DNA of 53,538 nucleotides from Corallochytrium limacisporum Hawaii (GCA_002811645.1 PDIP01000106.1:1-53538); one strand, 5' to 3'. Numbered from the stretch's first letter, positions 30,240-41,737 are shown. The notes: generated from the sequence alone by a model not told the origin. Program-made: numbers and translations.

Positions 30240-32903
30240 TCATACAATATTCAGCAGATAGGCACAATGCTGGAACCCTTCGACGTGGTCCGGGCAGAGG
30301 TCATGAGTAAGATCGCATGGCACACACACACGGCCACCGAGCCCACTAAAACCGACATCATCACACTGGCATGAGTTCGGTTTGCACTGTCCACAATCCA
30401 TTGAGGAAGCATCACCCTCGCAGCGGGCACCTGTGTTAACCGTAGTCCATTCGTTCAGGCACGCGTGCGGTTTTGTTGTTGGTTTCGGGCGACTTGGGGG
30501 CATCCGTGGTGGTTGGCTGTGGCCTGTCTCTGTGTTCGGCACCGAGGTAAACGATGCTGAAGCCGTTGATGACGTTGACAGGGTTGGCATGTGGGACGAC
30601 GGCGACGACACTTGTCTTTCGGTTTCTGCGCCACCTTGCGCCTTGCACTCCAGCCACTTGAGGTATTCCACTTCGCACTCAAGCCCATGGGTGTCGCACT
30701 CCACACACACGCGTCCGAGATGTGGCGCCTTGTCCCAACCACATTGGCAACCTCTGGACTCTTCGCCCTCAGAGCAGGACGCGCACGAGAGGTCATTCGC
30801 GTCCCACCAGCATTCTGCACCTGAATCAGATACCGTCCACTTGTTTTCACACACTGGATCTGGTACTGGTGTGGTCGGTGTCGCCGTCGGGGTGCTAGTT
30901 GTTGTAATTGTAGGACCCTCTACGGGCACTTCCGTGCCGAAGGTCACAGTTCCCTTACTGGACACCTCGATCCACGTGTAGCCCGCCTCGGTGCTTACCT
31001 TTGCATCCTTGCCTGACGTTTGTTCCGGCACAGAGCCAAGAGCCTCGAAAGGAATCGAGCACGGACCTTCCGTCTTGATTTCGATATAGTTCGGCGCTTC
31101 CGAGGACTCATGGGTACGCTGCACATAGATTTTCGGATTGCACTCGGCGTATTCAGCACGAAGGTCGAATAGTTCAGCGATGCGGTCCTGGCCCTCGCTC
31201 ACAATGGGAATGGCCAAGTAATCGCTTACACCCCCAACCACGTATTCGATCCACAGCGACATGAGCGAATGTGTACCCTTCTTATACTTCTGTACGAACA
31301 TATTTGCCTGGTGGAACATGAAGGGATCGTGCCGCAGGGCCATCAATGAGGATCCCGCACGTTCGAGCTCTTCCTCCATCACTCTTTCAGTGGTGTATTC
31401 ATCATTAGGATCGTATTTTTCCAAATTTTGATCCCAAGTGGCAGCGTCCCAGCTGCACGCAGTGCAATGCCGTGGTACAACCCAGATTCGACGCTGAGCA
31501 TCATAACCATTGTGTTCAATGTCAACGTAAAACGGCAGATAGTTCTCGCGGGTCCATGTGCTGAAGTCGTGAGCGGGATGGCAGCTGTCAGATAGCACAC
31601 TGTTCATCCCCAGGTTATCCATTGCAACGTAGAAGTCGCCGGAGAGCAGACCAGAGTACATGCCAGTGATCACGCCATTGGGGCTCCAGTTTGAATGCCC
31701 AGCCAGGTTCAGTACCACCTCCGCGAACCCGATGCTGTACTGAAGTTCAACTTCGCTGTCGGCTGGGCCGATAGCCCCCATGTCTGCATGGGTCATGGTG
31801 TGTGACAACCAGAGGAAGGCATCCCGCCACACTGAATTTTCTCGGATTTCTACGGCGATTGTCGCATAGTCGTCATCGCCCTCTATCCAGTCTTTCCAGA
31901 ATTCAAAATCGTTCCACCAATGGTCCTGCCACAGTTCGGTGTACGTGTCCTCCTTTTCTCCTGCCAAAGAGTAGTCGTACTGCTGTCCAAAGTCATAGTC
32001 ACCAAAGTACATGGGATCGTTGTAGCCCTTGAGGGTGAGACCGAGGCCGTTGAAGCAAAGTTCGGGTCTGATGTTGGATCCGTGCTTCTCATTGAAGTCA
32101 TTCAACCACTCCACCCACCAATGCAAATCTGAAGTACCAATCCTACGGTCCATATTCTCGTACGGCGGAGCAAACAAGTCATCAACTTGTGCACCGGCCA
32201 GGACGCGGCGGTGCCCCTGCAACGGAAGGTTTGCCCCTTGCCCCTTCAGGAGGAACTGCAGGCCAACATGTTGAAGCGCTAACGACGCCAGGTGCCTATC
32301 ATTCAGTGCACTCGCATAGTGGAGCGTATCGCCTTCGGCGAAGGCAACTGTCTTTCCATCGCCATCCACAACAATCTGGACCATGTGTTCACCGAAACTG
32401 GTCTCTTCTGTGTCGAAGAAATCAAGCCGAAACTTTCGCAGAGGCCAGCTGCTACCGCGGCGTACAATGCCGTTGAGGAAGTCGGTGTCACCTTCCAAGG
32501 GAACCTTTACAGTCTCAGAGTTAGTTCTGATCGTGGATAGCGTCCCAAAGTTGTCAGAGTTTAAGATAACGTGCCTGACGCCGAAGTGCTCCTGGTAGTC
32601 GCGAAGGTTCTGTGAATGGCTGACATCCCTGCCGTCGATGGTAATCAGACAGCTGTACAGACCCCGGGATCCATCAGTGAGCTGGACAGTGTCCGGATTG
32701 TCCGTCTCGAAAACTGTGAATGGCAAACCCGCCCCAAAGGCAACAACAAGGCCTTGAGGGTTTGAACCAGACTTTGGTGAGAATACTGCACATCCCAATC
32801 TCACTGGCGGTAGCTGCTCTGCCGTCAAGGCAGTGGCAAGACCCAACAAGATTACTCCGATCAACAACATTTCCAGCGATCGTTGCACTTCCTTCCGAGC
32901 CAT
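30240..32903 (-). CDS. agd3: Secreted Agd3-like (CE18) polysaccharide deacetylase with two C-terminal 10-Cys modules, copy 3
   Basis: Hydrophobic leader MLLIGVILLGLATALTA (alternative ATG at 32870); motifs QVDDLF, WLSHTMTH, VVPR, LMALRHDPFMFHQAN; same architecture as copies 1 and 2. Confidence 0.88.
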   Translation of the reverse strand: MARKEVQRSLEMLLIGVILLGLATALTAEQLPPVRLGCAVFSPKSGSNPQGLVVAFGAGLPFTVFETDNPDTVQLTDGSRGLYSCLITIDGRDVSHSQNLRDYQEHFGVRHVILNSDNFGTLSTIRTNSETVKVPLEGDTDFLNGIVRRGSSWPLRKFRLDFFDTEETSFGEHMVQIVVDGDGKTVAFAEGDTLHYASALNDRHLASLALQHVGLQFLLKGQGANLPLQGHRRVLAGAQVDDLFAPPYENMDRRIGTSDLHWWVEWLNDFNEKHGSNIRPELCFNGLGLTLKGYNDPMYFGDYDFGQQYDYSLAGEKEDTYTELWQDHWWNDFEFWKDWIEGDDDYATIAVEIRENSVWRDAFLWLSHTMTHADMGAIGPADSEVELQYSIGFAEVVLNLAGHSNWSPNGVITGMYSGLLSGDFYVAMDNLGMNSVLSDSCHPAHDFSTWTRENYLPFYVDIEHNGYDAQRRIWVVPRHCTACSWDAATWDQNLEKYDPNDEYTTERVMEEELERAGSSLMALRHDPFMFHQANMFVQKYKKGTHSLMSLWIEYVVGGVSDYLAIPIVSEGQDRIAELFDLRAEYAECNPKIYVQRTHESSEAPNYIEIKTEGPCSIPFEALGSVPEQTSGKDAKVSTEAGYTWIEVSSKGTVTFGTEVPVEGPTITTTSTPTATPTTPVPDPVCENKWTVSDSGAECWWDANDLSCASCSEGEESRGCQCGWDKAPHLGRVCVECDTHGLECEVEYLKWLECKAQGGAETERQVSSPSSHMPTLSTSSTASASFTSVPNTETGHSQPPRMPPSRPKPTTKPHACLNEWTTVNTGARCEGDASSMDCGQCKPNSCQCDDVGFSGLGGRVCVPCDLTHDLCPDHVEGFQHCAYLLNIV

Positions 32904-33391
32904 TCGGTTACTACTTCAGTAACAAAGCAATGGTGAGGTCTGCTATTGTTTCCTATCACTTTCGAGACTGATCCTTCCAATCCAATTCCTCAAATAGCTG
33001 CCAGCAATTGATGGTGATGATGACTGCCACCGATAAAACGGGTCGCCTTTCCCCTCTCCCCTCCCTCTCTCAGCCCGCTCCTCCTTTTCTTTTTGGAAGC
33101 CAGTGCCGCATACATTCACTGTGCATTTTCCTTGATCCGCTGGTCCGACGTTTCCTACCCTTGACCACTCTCCACCGGAACCTGGCCAGGACCCGAAGAA
33201 AACTGGGCCCGAGAATGCCTGCCGGTCGGTTGTCGCGTGTGTACAGATGCTTGGGGCAAGGCACACACGAAGGTCCGTGCTTTGTTTCATGATTTGTCCA
33301 AGGCAAACACCGCTGCTGCAAACAAAGTCAAGGGGGGAGGGGGAGAGCACCTGTGGTGGAAAATATACTGTGAGGGTGTATGGGCGTGTGG

Positions 33392-33404
33392 CTCTCTCTC
33401 CCTC

Positions 33405-33437
<33 letters not shown>
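33392..33437. repeat. (CT)n microsatellite
   Basis: Interrupted CT dinucleotide run about 490 bp upstream of agd3-like copy 3. Confidence 0.95.
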
Positions 33438-36400
33438 GTGTGGCTCTGTCGCTCTCGCTCCCCTTTACTTTGTTCTTTCTTGGTTGGTCCGTTCCGGCTT
33501 GTACACTCCCTTCTCCGCCTCTCTCCCCCTTCCTTCCCTCGGTGACCGGGCTACCCCGCCCCGCCTAACGGGGGGTGGGGGGGGGGTGGTGTGTGTGTGT
33601 GTCGGTGTTGCCCCCTCGACCTAATTTTCCTTAGGCTTTTCACGCCAACGCACCGTTCCGTATCGTCACGCTGTCTTCCAACTACCGCTGGAGAGGGGAA
33701 AAAAAGGAAGGAGGGGTGGACGAGGAGGCCGGGCAAAAAAAAAAGAAAGGGACACACGGGGCACGAGTTCGGTACAATCTCCTGCAATAGGTGAAGATAT
33801 CGCACAATCCGGCGGACCCCGCACGCGCACTAGTGGGAGAGAGTTCAGCGGTGTCATCGCCCTCGGATTGCACTAGGGGCAAGCAGATTATGGACTTTAC
33901 CCCGGGGGCGTGGGGTGAAAAAAACTGTGCATAGATTACACCTGCAGCAGCAGCCAATAATGATGAATGACGAAAGAGATGACAACGGAAGCGCCCCAGA
34001 GCATGCAACAGGGAGCAACATTCGGTCCGAAAACGCCCGGGTATTCATGTGCAGGAACATGGCAGAGCAAGGCGTGGAACCAGGGGAGTAGAAACTCAGT
34101 GTTCCCCGTTTGTTCCCGACTCGGGCACAAGTCAATCGGCACCAGACCGCCGTGTGAGCCAATGGCACACACAATGGTCAGGCTAAGCTGGGCCCGTTCT
34201 CAGAGCACGTAATTCGAGGAACAAGACATGTCGGACCCTGGAAAGAAAAGCAGGCGTGGCCCTCGTTGTCGACAGTGAATACGTTCAATACGGTCACACA
34301 AGGCAGGGAGCCGGCCTCCCAATCACCCACTTTCTGTGATAACGTCTGAGTTTTTCCTAGGGGTTTCCTTGTAGTTTTCATCACGGCGGGGGTGGCGGTG
34401 TGTCCCTCCGCCCCTGATCCCGTCCCTCACTTCGTCTCTACCGCCTTGCCTTCTCTCTTAAACGCGGTAAATTTGGCAGTGGGCAAAAATAGGGAGGGAG
34501 GGAAGCCCCCCGGGGGACGGGGGAGGGGGGAGAAGACCGTCTCAATTTCACATCAGAAATCCAGGCTGCCGGGCGCTGTGCCAATTCTCAGAAACCTCGA
34601 GGGAGGAGGACTGGTCCCAGGCGAGGTGAAGGGGGGGGGGGAGGCCCTTCCGCTCGGGTTTCACCAGTTCCCCATCGTCGAGAGAAAGAAGAGAATGAGA
34701 GGGAGAGAGTGCGCAAGATAGAACACACAAGGGAGAGGAATAGTAGTAGACTGAGAGACCAATGGAAAGTTGGGGAATTGGGAAAGAGAAAGCGAAGGCA
34801 ACCAAAGGACTTCAGGAGAACGAATTACCAGATCTAAATTGTTCTCTCTGTCTGGTAAAAAAGAGTTCAATTTGTGCCGGTTGGTAGTTGCTCCCTATGC
34901 TCTCTATTGCATTTTCCTTGGGCACAATTCTTTGAGGGTTAACGCGCTTGATGATCGCCTGGTCTTCTGCTACCGCCGAGATACCGGACCCTGGCTTTTC
35001 CTCCTCACGCGGTTGCTAATCCACGGCTCGACACTAACTAGGCACTGGCTATACACACAGTTGCAAGAAGAAACCTTCAATGGCGAAGACGTGAATGGGT
35101 CACACAGGCGGCAGCCTACCTGTCTTCGTTCGTCTACTGTGGGGGATGGGAACACAGTCGCACGCGCCTTCTATGCCAGTCGATTCAGAATCTGTCATGC
35201 TTTTGTTTCCTTCTTCAAGAAACTTCATCCACATCATACATCCATCTCACTCTCTCTCTGTGGAAACCAGGGAGTAGAGCAACGCAATACATAATGCGAA
35301 AGAGGGTGTGCACATTCGGATCAGTGGCCTGCGATAAAGCGTTCACCCGGTGAGTTTGCATACACCATTACCATATTATACTATTAAACCTATTCAGCTC
35401 GGATGGTGTAGTGGATTCCTGCTAGGATGCTCCATCAATTGACCGCCGAACATGGTCAGGGAAGAAATCCCTTTCTCCGTTTGGCAACTGCAATGCTCGA
35501 GAAGCTGAAGTAGCTAGGTATACTGTGCAAGGCTGCAACGAGCGAAAACTCGCTTCCACGCGCAGGAGAATCTCTTGCAGTTTGTTTTCTCTAGGTGATC
35601 CCAGTTATCGCAATCTACGACAGCTTGAACACAGATCCCTGTCTGCTCCCACAGATTCTCTATGAAACACAATGAACAGTTTCAACTGGATTCACTCTGC
35701 GTCAAAGTTCTCGGTTGCATGCGTCCTGCTTTTTTCTTCGCTATCTAGAAAAATCGTGCCAGTGCTCTGCCCTAGCTTAGCTGTCCTTCCTCACAATTTC
35801 AGGTCCCGTTTTACGTTTAAATTCTCAGGATTCACGGCATTATCTGTCTCCCAGGCGCCGCTCGTGCAGATAAATCTTGCTCCCTCATTTGTTCAGCTGT
35901 CTTCGACCAATTGCACTCTTGCACTTCCGGGTTCGGTGCGTTCCGTGGTGGTTGCTTGTAGTTTTATGTGGTGCCCCAGGATCCCTCTGTGCTGGGATAT
36001 GTTTCGCCATGGAGAGAGCAGATGGAGATGTCGATGTCCCTCCGTTGACACGCTTGTTGTGAACGCGTGCGTGTCCCTTCTATAGAAATTCATGTCTGTT
36101 GATGTTCTGGACCTAAAAGGGAATCATTATAAGGGTTCATAGTGTATCGGAAATGTTGATCAACGAAACTAATCTGTGGGCAAGGGGCCCTCATCTGATC
36201 GGGCCACCACAGGAGAGGCTATGAAGATGAGATACTGAACGAGGTCTATAGTTGGTATACTCACTATTGCTTAAGTGATTTGCAAGAAAGGTTCCGCTGC
36301 CTGCGGCGAGACACACACGCATATCTCTCTACGCGACATGACTGGTTGGTCACCCAAGGGCAGTATATATGTAAGTCACCGGTGCAAGCCCCGAGAAATG

Positions 36401-38381
36401 CGCGTTGGCGATCTTGACAGAGGAGCAACTGCGAACAAAAAAGGTGTCAGACGGACCACCGCAAGAGAGTTTATTTTATATGCCAAAGAGCTTGACTCTC
36501 GTTGCATGTTCTCTTGTGTTCGCATTTGGCGTCCACTTCACCCCCGGAGGGGCCCTCTCCCTGTTTCCGATAACATAATGAAGCCACACTATTAAGTTTT
36601 GAATACGGAACACGCTACTAAACTTGCAAGGGGGAGATGCAAGTTGCAAATTCAAGACCATCCCTACTACACTCTCTCGTTCCTCGCAGGGTTGATGACC
36701 CTGTTCTGTTGCGTAGAAACCTCGATAGCACAGACTGTCCGTTGCACTGTGCGAATGACTGAAGGAGCTTCTTGGTTTACTGGTATTTTGACCTTGCTTG
36801 AATCCCCCTATGAGTGAAGTGTTATAACGTATCAACCCGATCTGCCAGCCACGCATATCCGGACTGCGATTTTTCTGTACCTCGAGACCGGTTTGTAACT
36901 GCGCTACTGTGAACGTGCAGGACGAGATAGAGAGCGAAGGAGTCTGGACCGGCGCGTCAAGGTGACAATGTTTTGGTTGCTCCTCAATAAGAAAAAATGG
37001 ATGCGGAAGGTGCTCAACGTGCTGCCGTTGCCTGTTCTCTGCAATCTGAAGCGCATCGGAGGAATTCGCGTATGCATTGAGTTACCTGGAAGGCGAGTGT
37101 CATAAACAAACACAAAGGCAACCTCAACTTCTTGCTGGCATCCATACGGACCAGAATGGCTCGAGACACGTACGACTAGGAGGACAGCCGTGTACCAGCA
37201 GCTTGTTCCAGCTCAAAATCTTTGATAGCACCTAGGATGTACATGAGTTAGCCGTTACCGTCATTTCACATGGACGGCGGCCCGTGCTTAGCTAGCACAT
37301 TGTGCATCACACTAAGACGGACTGAAGAAACAAATACTTCTAAACATCGTATTAATTAATTGGCGCATTTTCATTCCGCTCAGTAGTATCCCAAAAGGAA
37401 CATGAGAAATGCACTGCGGGTGAGACAAGCCCATTCCTGCTTTCCGCAAAGACGTTCGACATTCGTTGGCTGTCGTATTGGTCCGTATGAAGCAACATGT
37501 AAGTTTGCAAGGACAGCCGGATCCGCGAGCAAGCGATTATCGTGGTAATTGTGGGGACTTTGGTACGCAGTGCGGAGCATTTAGCCGGCTTGGTGAATTA
37601 TGTCAGTACTGCTCTGTTTTTTCTCATTCTGCTTCCTGTTAGTTTTTTTTTAAGGCTGCTCTATTTATTTTTCCCCAGCTGTCCTTTCAAGCGGTGGAAC
37701 ATGTTCATGCGTCGCGTAACCCACTAGGGTGGCATGTGCATCAGTCAGCACAAGCAAGCTTGAGGCACGCGCGAACCCAATACAACACATACCGTCTCTC
37801 TCAATGTTTTCTGGGGCTTCCTGCTTGTCAGAGGCTTGAAGCACGATTCGTCAGTACTAGAACACATACACACACTCTGTCTGTCTCTCTTCCTTCCACT
37901 GCGATGCATAAGATGGACCTCGCGCAACAAATGAAATGTGTGTGATTCCTCAGTGCTGCTTCCGGGCACGTTTGCTTGCAATCACGTTACTTTTATTGTC
38001 CCCACAGCCAAACCTGACCCCAGTTTACTTTCGCTCTTTGTTCGTGCTTGAGGCGGGCCATGGCTTAACAGCTTGACGGCGGCCAAGCACACACACTTTA
38101 AAAAATTACTTCCCCCCCCCTCACTTTTCCCATTGTGTACGGGAGTCTATTTTCAACCCATTCGCCCTCCTGCCTGGACTGGCTTCTGCTGGGCTCCCTG
38201 ACGGACACAGGGTACGAACTGACAATGGTAGTTTCTTTCACGTAGTTCTCTTTGTGCTAAGAAATATGTATGTAAGTTTGAACATGATCAAGGGAACGTG
38301 GATTCTCTGATGGATTGAGCCTTGTAGCCGGAGTGGAGGGAGGTATGATACAGAGCCAAAAAGGGAAGCCAGTCTTGCTTT

Positions 38382-39404
38382 CTAGTCCTGAGCATCTCCA
38401 ATGCCATCGGCCAAGATCGCAAACGTGGCCTCAGCTTCCGGGAGGTTGGGAGAATCATAGATTTTGCAAATGCGAGTTTCTCCCCGGCCCTTTCGTAGAG
38501 ACAAACGGGTTGTGCTGGCGTGAGCAATGATGTTGCCTCCGATGGGCTTTTTCGGATCGACAGCAAACATGGCGCCCCCGTCCACCTGAGCGACGACTTG
38601 GTTGGTAATGACAACAGCCACCGAAAACTCATCGGCCAAACGCATGAGCATGCGAAGAAATTGAGCCATATGCATCTGCCGAGTGCTCAACTCTCCACGA
38701 CCACTGTAGTCTGTGCGGTACAACGCAGTAGCACTGTCTACAATCAGCAGTCCGAACCGATCCTGTGCCATCAAAGCAGCAGCTTGGATCAGGAGTGACT
38801 TCTGATGGTCACTGTTGTAGGCTCTTGCAGTGCAGACATTCTCCAGGGCCAGCTCAGGGTCAATACCGTAGCGCTCTGCAATGGCCACAAGGCGCTCCGG
38901 GCGAAAGGTACCCTCTGTATCAATGTAGAGGACCTTGGCCGCGAGACCACCTTGTTCAACCGGCAACTGAGACGTCACTGCCAGAGTATGGCAAAGCTGT
39001 GTCTTACCCGTCCGAAATTCTCCAAAAATTTCGGTAATGGAGCAGGTCTCAATACCGCCCTGAAGCAAAGTGTCCAATTCTTTGGATCCCGTGGTGAGGG
39101 ACAGTTGCTCCTGGCGCTTGCTGTGGATCTCAGTGGCTGTGGTGAAGCCCATAGGAATGATTTTTGCAGCCTCAGTGAGAATTTTCTCTGCCTTGGCTTC
39201 ACTAATACCCTTAACAGCCAAAAGATGTTTCTTTGGTACGAAAGCGACGGCGTCGACCGTGTGGAACCCAGCGTCTTGGAGCTTGCGAACGTCAGTTGCA
39301 TTGATGCCACATTGTTCGAGTCTCTCCAAGGGAACGTAATTGAGCGCTTCCTCCTCCAGATACTCCTCCTGGTCCTCGTGGTGTTCCTCATGCATTTCGA
39401 TCAT
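38382..39404 (-). CDS. RAD51: DNA repair recombinase RAD51
   Basis: Contains the HhH N-domain ([10 protein letters not shown]), GFTTATE polymerisation motif, Walker [10 protein letters not shown], Walker [36 protein letters not shown] and CKIYDSP. Start placed at accATG 39404. No introns. Confidence 0.97.
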   Translation of the reverse strand: MIEMHEEHHEDQEEYLEEEALNYVPLERLEQCGINATDVRKLQDAGFHTVDAVAFVPKKHLLAVKGISEAKAEKILTEAAKIIPMGFTTATEIHSKRQEQLSLTTGSKELDTLLQGGIETCSITEIFGEFRTGKTQLCHTLAVTSQLPVEQGGLAAKVLYIDTEGTFRPERLVAIAERYGIDPELALENVCTARAYNSDHQKSLLIQAAALMAQDRFGLLIVDSATALYRTDYSGRGELSTRQMHMAQFLRMLMRLADEFSVAVVITNQVVAQVDGGAMFAVDPKKPIGGNIIAHASTTRLSLRKGRGETRICKIYDSPNLPEAEATFAILADGIGDAQD

Positions 39405-40093
39405 GGTGCAATATGTGTTACATTCCACGCTCACAAAGTTTCTAGTTGATCTTCTCTACGCAAGTATTTTGTGACGTACACTAGGTTTTACCACCTCTTT
39501 ATGTACCCCACGATCTCGATTTCACGACCACTATGTTTTCTTTTTTGGTTTAATTTTCCGTTCTGAGAGTCCGAACCTGCGGCTCAACAACGGCCGCAGT
39601 ACTGATGGAGGCTGGCAAGGATGACCACTCCGGAGCGGCTGTGCAAATGGACGTTGCCAACCCCGCTGTTTGGGTGCGCCTCCCTCCGGGTGTTTTCGCA
39701 GCCTTCCCCCCCCCCTCCCTGCTCCCACTTCCCTTGACCGCTTCGAAATTTTCGCGCACTTTTTGCCGGGGGAGTGCGGCTGTGAGCCTGAGCTCAGGCA
39801 AGAACCAACCCCCTCCCCCTTTTCGTTCCACCCCCCTTTGGAGAGGAGGAGCGCGGGGCAGGAAAAACTGGCCCCTACAGAAAAGAGACCCTTGAGTGCG
39901 CGACCTTTGAAACCCACACTGGGGACGCCACGCGAGCAGAGCCGTGAAGCCGTGGGCGGTCCGTTTGACTGGTAAAGATGAACACGGAAGAATGATGAAT
40001 TGTTGGTTTCTAAGATGGTTTTTTCTGTATTGTTCGATATGAATCTGTGCTTGTATAGGAGCGCATGAAAAATACATATATGGTATCAAGAAT

Positions 40094-41737
40094 TTACATC
40101 TTGGCACCAGCAGCAGGCTTCAGGTTCTGCAGCTTCATGGCGAGGGCCATGTTGCCCTGGATCTTAAGCTTGCCAGCGAAGAAGGCTTTCTGAGCATCGA
40201 GCTTGCCCATCATCAACTGAACAAAGTCATCATCGGACATCTTCATGGTGCAATCGGCAGTGCCGTCACCACGCTTGACGGTTCCTGTGCCGTTCTTGAG
40301 GTCGACCACCCAGATGGCCTCATCGCTGCCCTTCTTCAACTGGAACTTGAAGATGGCACCAGTCTTCTTCACGGTTTCAGCTCCATTGGTCTTGAGCTGG
40401 CCTTCCAGGACCTTGAAGACCTGGGCGGCCTGGAACTTGTCGTGGGCACCAGAGCCAGCAGCGGCAGAAACCTCCTCGGGCGGCATGTTGACGTTGGGGT
40501 CCATGGCGGGGTTGGGGCCGGTGTGCTGCTTGGCCTGGGTCGGGAAACCGTGCTTGTACAGAGTCACCACGGCAGCGCCACCAAGACCCAGGTTGTGCTG
40601 CAGAGCGTACTTGACGTTGGGCACCTGGCGGGGGCCAGCCATGCCGCGGATCTGCCAGCACAGCTCAGCGCACTGCGCCAGACCGGTGGCACCCAAGGGG
40701 TGGCCCTTGGAGATCAAACCACCAGAGGGGTTCACGACGTGCTTGCCACCGTAGGTGTTGGCGCCAGAGTCAATGTACTCAGCAGCACCACCGGGGGGGC
40801 ACAGACCGAGACCTTCGTAGGTGATCAGCTCGTTAGCGCTGAAGCAGTCGTGGAGTTCAACAACCTGAACATCGTTCGGGGTGATGCCAGCCTCAGCGAA
40901 GGCCTTCCTGGCGGCCATGTTGGTCATGTCGTAGCCGGCAAGCTTCATGGAGTCACCGCTCATGGAGCTCTCAGGGTCAGTAGCCATGGCCTGGCCGGCG
41001 ATGAGGATAGCCTGGCCCTGCAGGTTGTGCTTGCGGACGAAGTCCTCGGATGCAAGGACAGCGGCACCGGCACCGTCGGAGGTCGGGCAGCACTGCAGCT
41101 TGGTGAGGATCTTGAAGACGGTAGGGCTCTTCTCAATCTGCTCCAGGGAGTAGTAGTCACGGAACTGAGAGTACGGGTTGTTCATGCTGTGCTTGTGGTT
41201 CTTGTATGCGACCTTGGCAAAGTGGCGTTCGGTGGTGCCGTACTTCTCCATATGGGCAACACCGGCGTTACCGAAGAACTGAGGGGCACCAGGGGCCTTC
41301 ATGTCAAAGCCACGGTTCTCAATCATGTTGTCCATGAACTTTTCCATGGGGCTGGAGCGGTCCTCGTATTTGTTCTTGAGGGATCCGCGCTCCATCTTCT
41401 CGAAACCGAGTGCCAGAGCACAGTCGGCCAGACCACCAGCGACCAGCTGGCGAGCCAGGAACAGAGCAGTGGAGCCGGTGGAGCAGTTGTTGTTTACGTT
41501 GTAGACGGGAACCCCGGTCAGACCCAGCTCGTAGACAGCACGCTGACCGCATGTGGAGTCACCGTAGACGTAGCCGCAGGTCACCTGCTCAATGTCCTTG
41601 TACGACACACCGGCATCCTTGAGGGCCTTGTAGGCAGCCTCCTTACCCATTTGAGGGTAGTCAAAGTTAGCGCGGCGACCAGGTTTCTCGAACTTGGTCA
41701 TACCGACACCAACGACGTAGACGTTGCGACCCGGCAT
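40094..41737 (-). CDS. SCP2: Sterol carrier protein X (SCPx): SCP2-type thiolase fused to an SCP2 lipid-transfer domain, peroxisomal
   Basis: Starts [20 protein letters not shown] (ATG 41737). Has catalytic [23 protein letters not shown] and QHNLGLGG, a C-terminal SCP2 domain (WVVDLKNG...[19 protein letters not shown]) and a PTS1-like AKM terminus. Confidence 0.96.
   Translation of the reverse strand: MPGRNVYVVGVGMTKFEKPGRRANFDYPQMGKEAAYKALKDAGVSYKDIEQVTCGYVYGDSTCGQRAVYELGLTGVPVYNVNNNCSTGSTALFLARQLVAGGLADCALALGFEKMERGSLKNKYEDRSSPMEKFMDNMIENRGFDMKAPGAPQFFGNAGVAHMEKYGTTERHFAKVAYKNHKHSMNNPYSQFRDYYSLEQIEKSPTVFKILTKLQCCPTSDGAGAAVLASEDFVRKHNLQGQAILIAGQAMATDPESSMSGDSMKLAGYDMTNMAARKAFAEAGITPNDVQVVELHDCFSANELITYEGLGLCPPGGAAEYIDSGANTYGGKHVVNPSGGLISKGHPLGATGLAQCAELCWQIRGMAGPRQVPNVKYALQHNLGLGGAAVVTLYKHGFPTQAKQHTGPNPAMDPNVNMPPEEVSAAAGSGAHDKFQAAQVFKVLEGQLKTNGAETVKKTGAIFKFQLKKGSDEAIWVVDLKNGTGTVKRGDGTADCTMKMSDDDFVQLMMGKLDAQKAFFAGKLKIQGNMALAMKLQNLKPAAGAKM

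Noticed and set aside
35396-35470. tRNA-like start GCTCGGATGGTGTAGTGG (A-box-like)
   Set aside because: No anticodon arm, TTCGA T-loop or acceptor-stem complement follows.
4507-39449. Other long antisense ORFs (4507-5280, 17654-18466, 30382-30981, 38805-39449)
   Set aside because: Each lies opposite a well-supported gene and lacks independent protein features.
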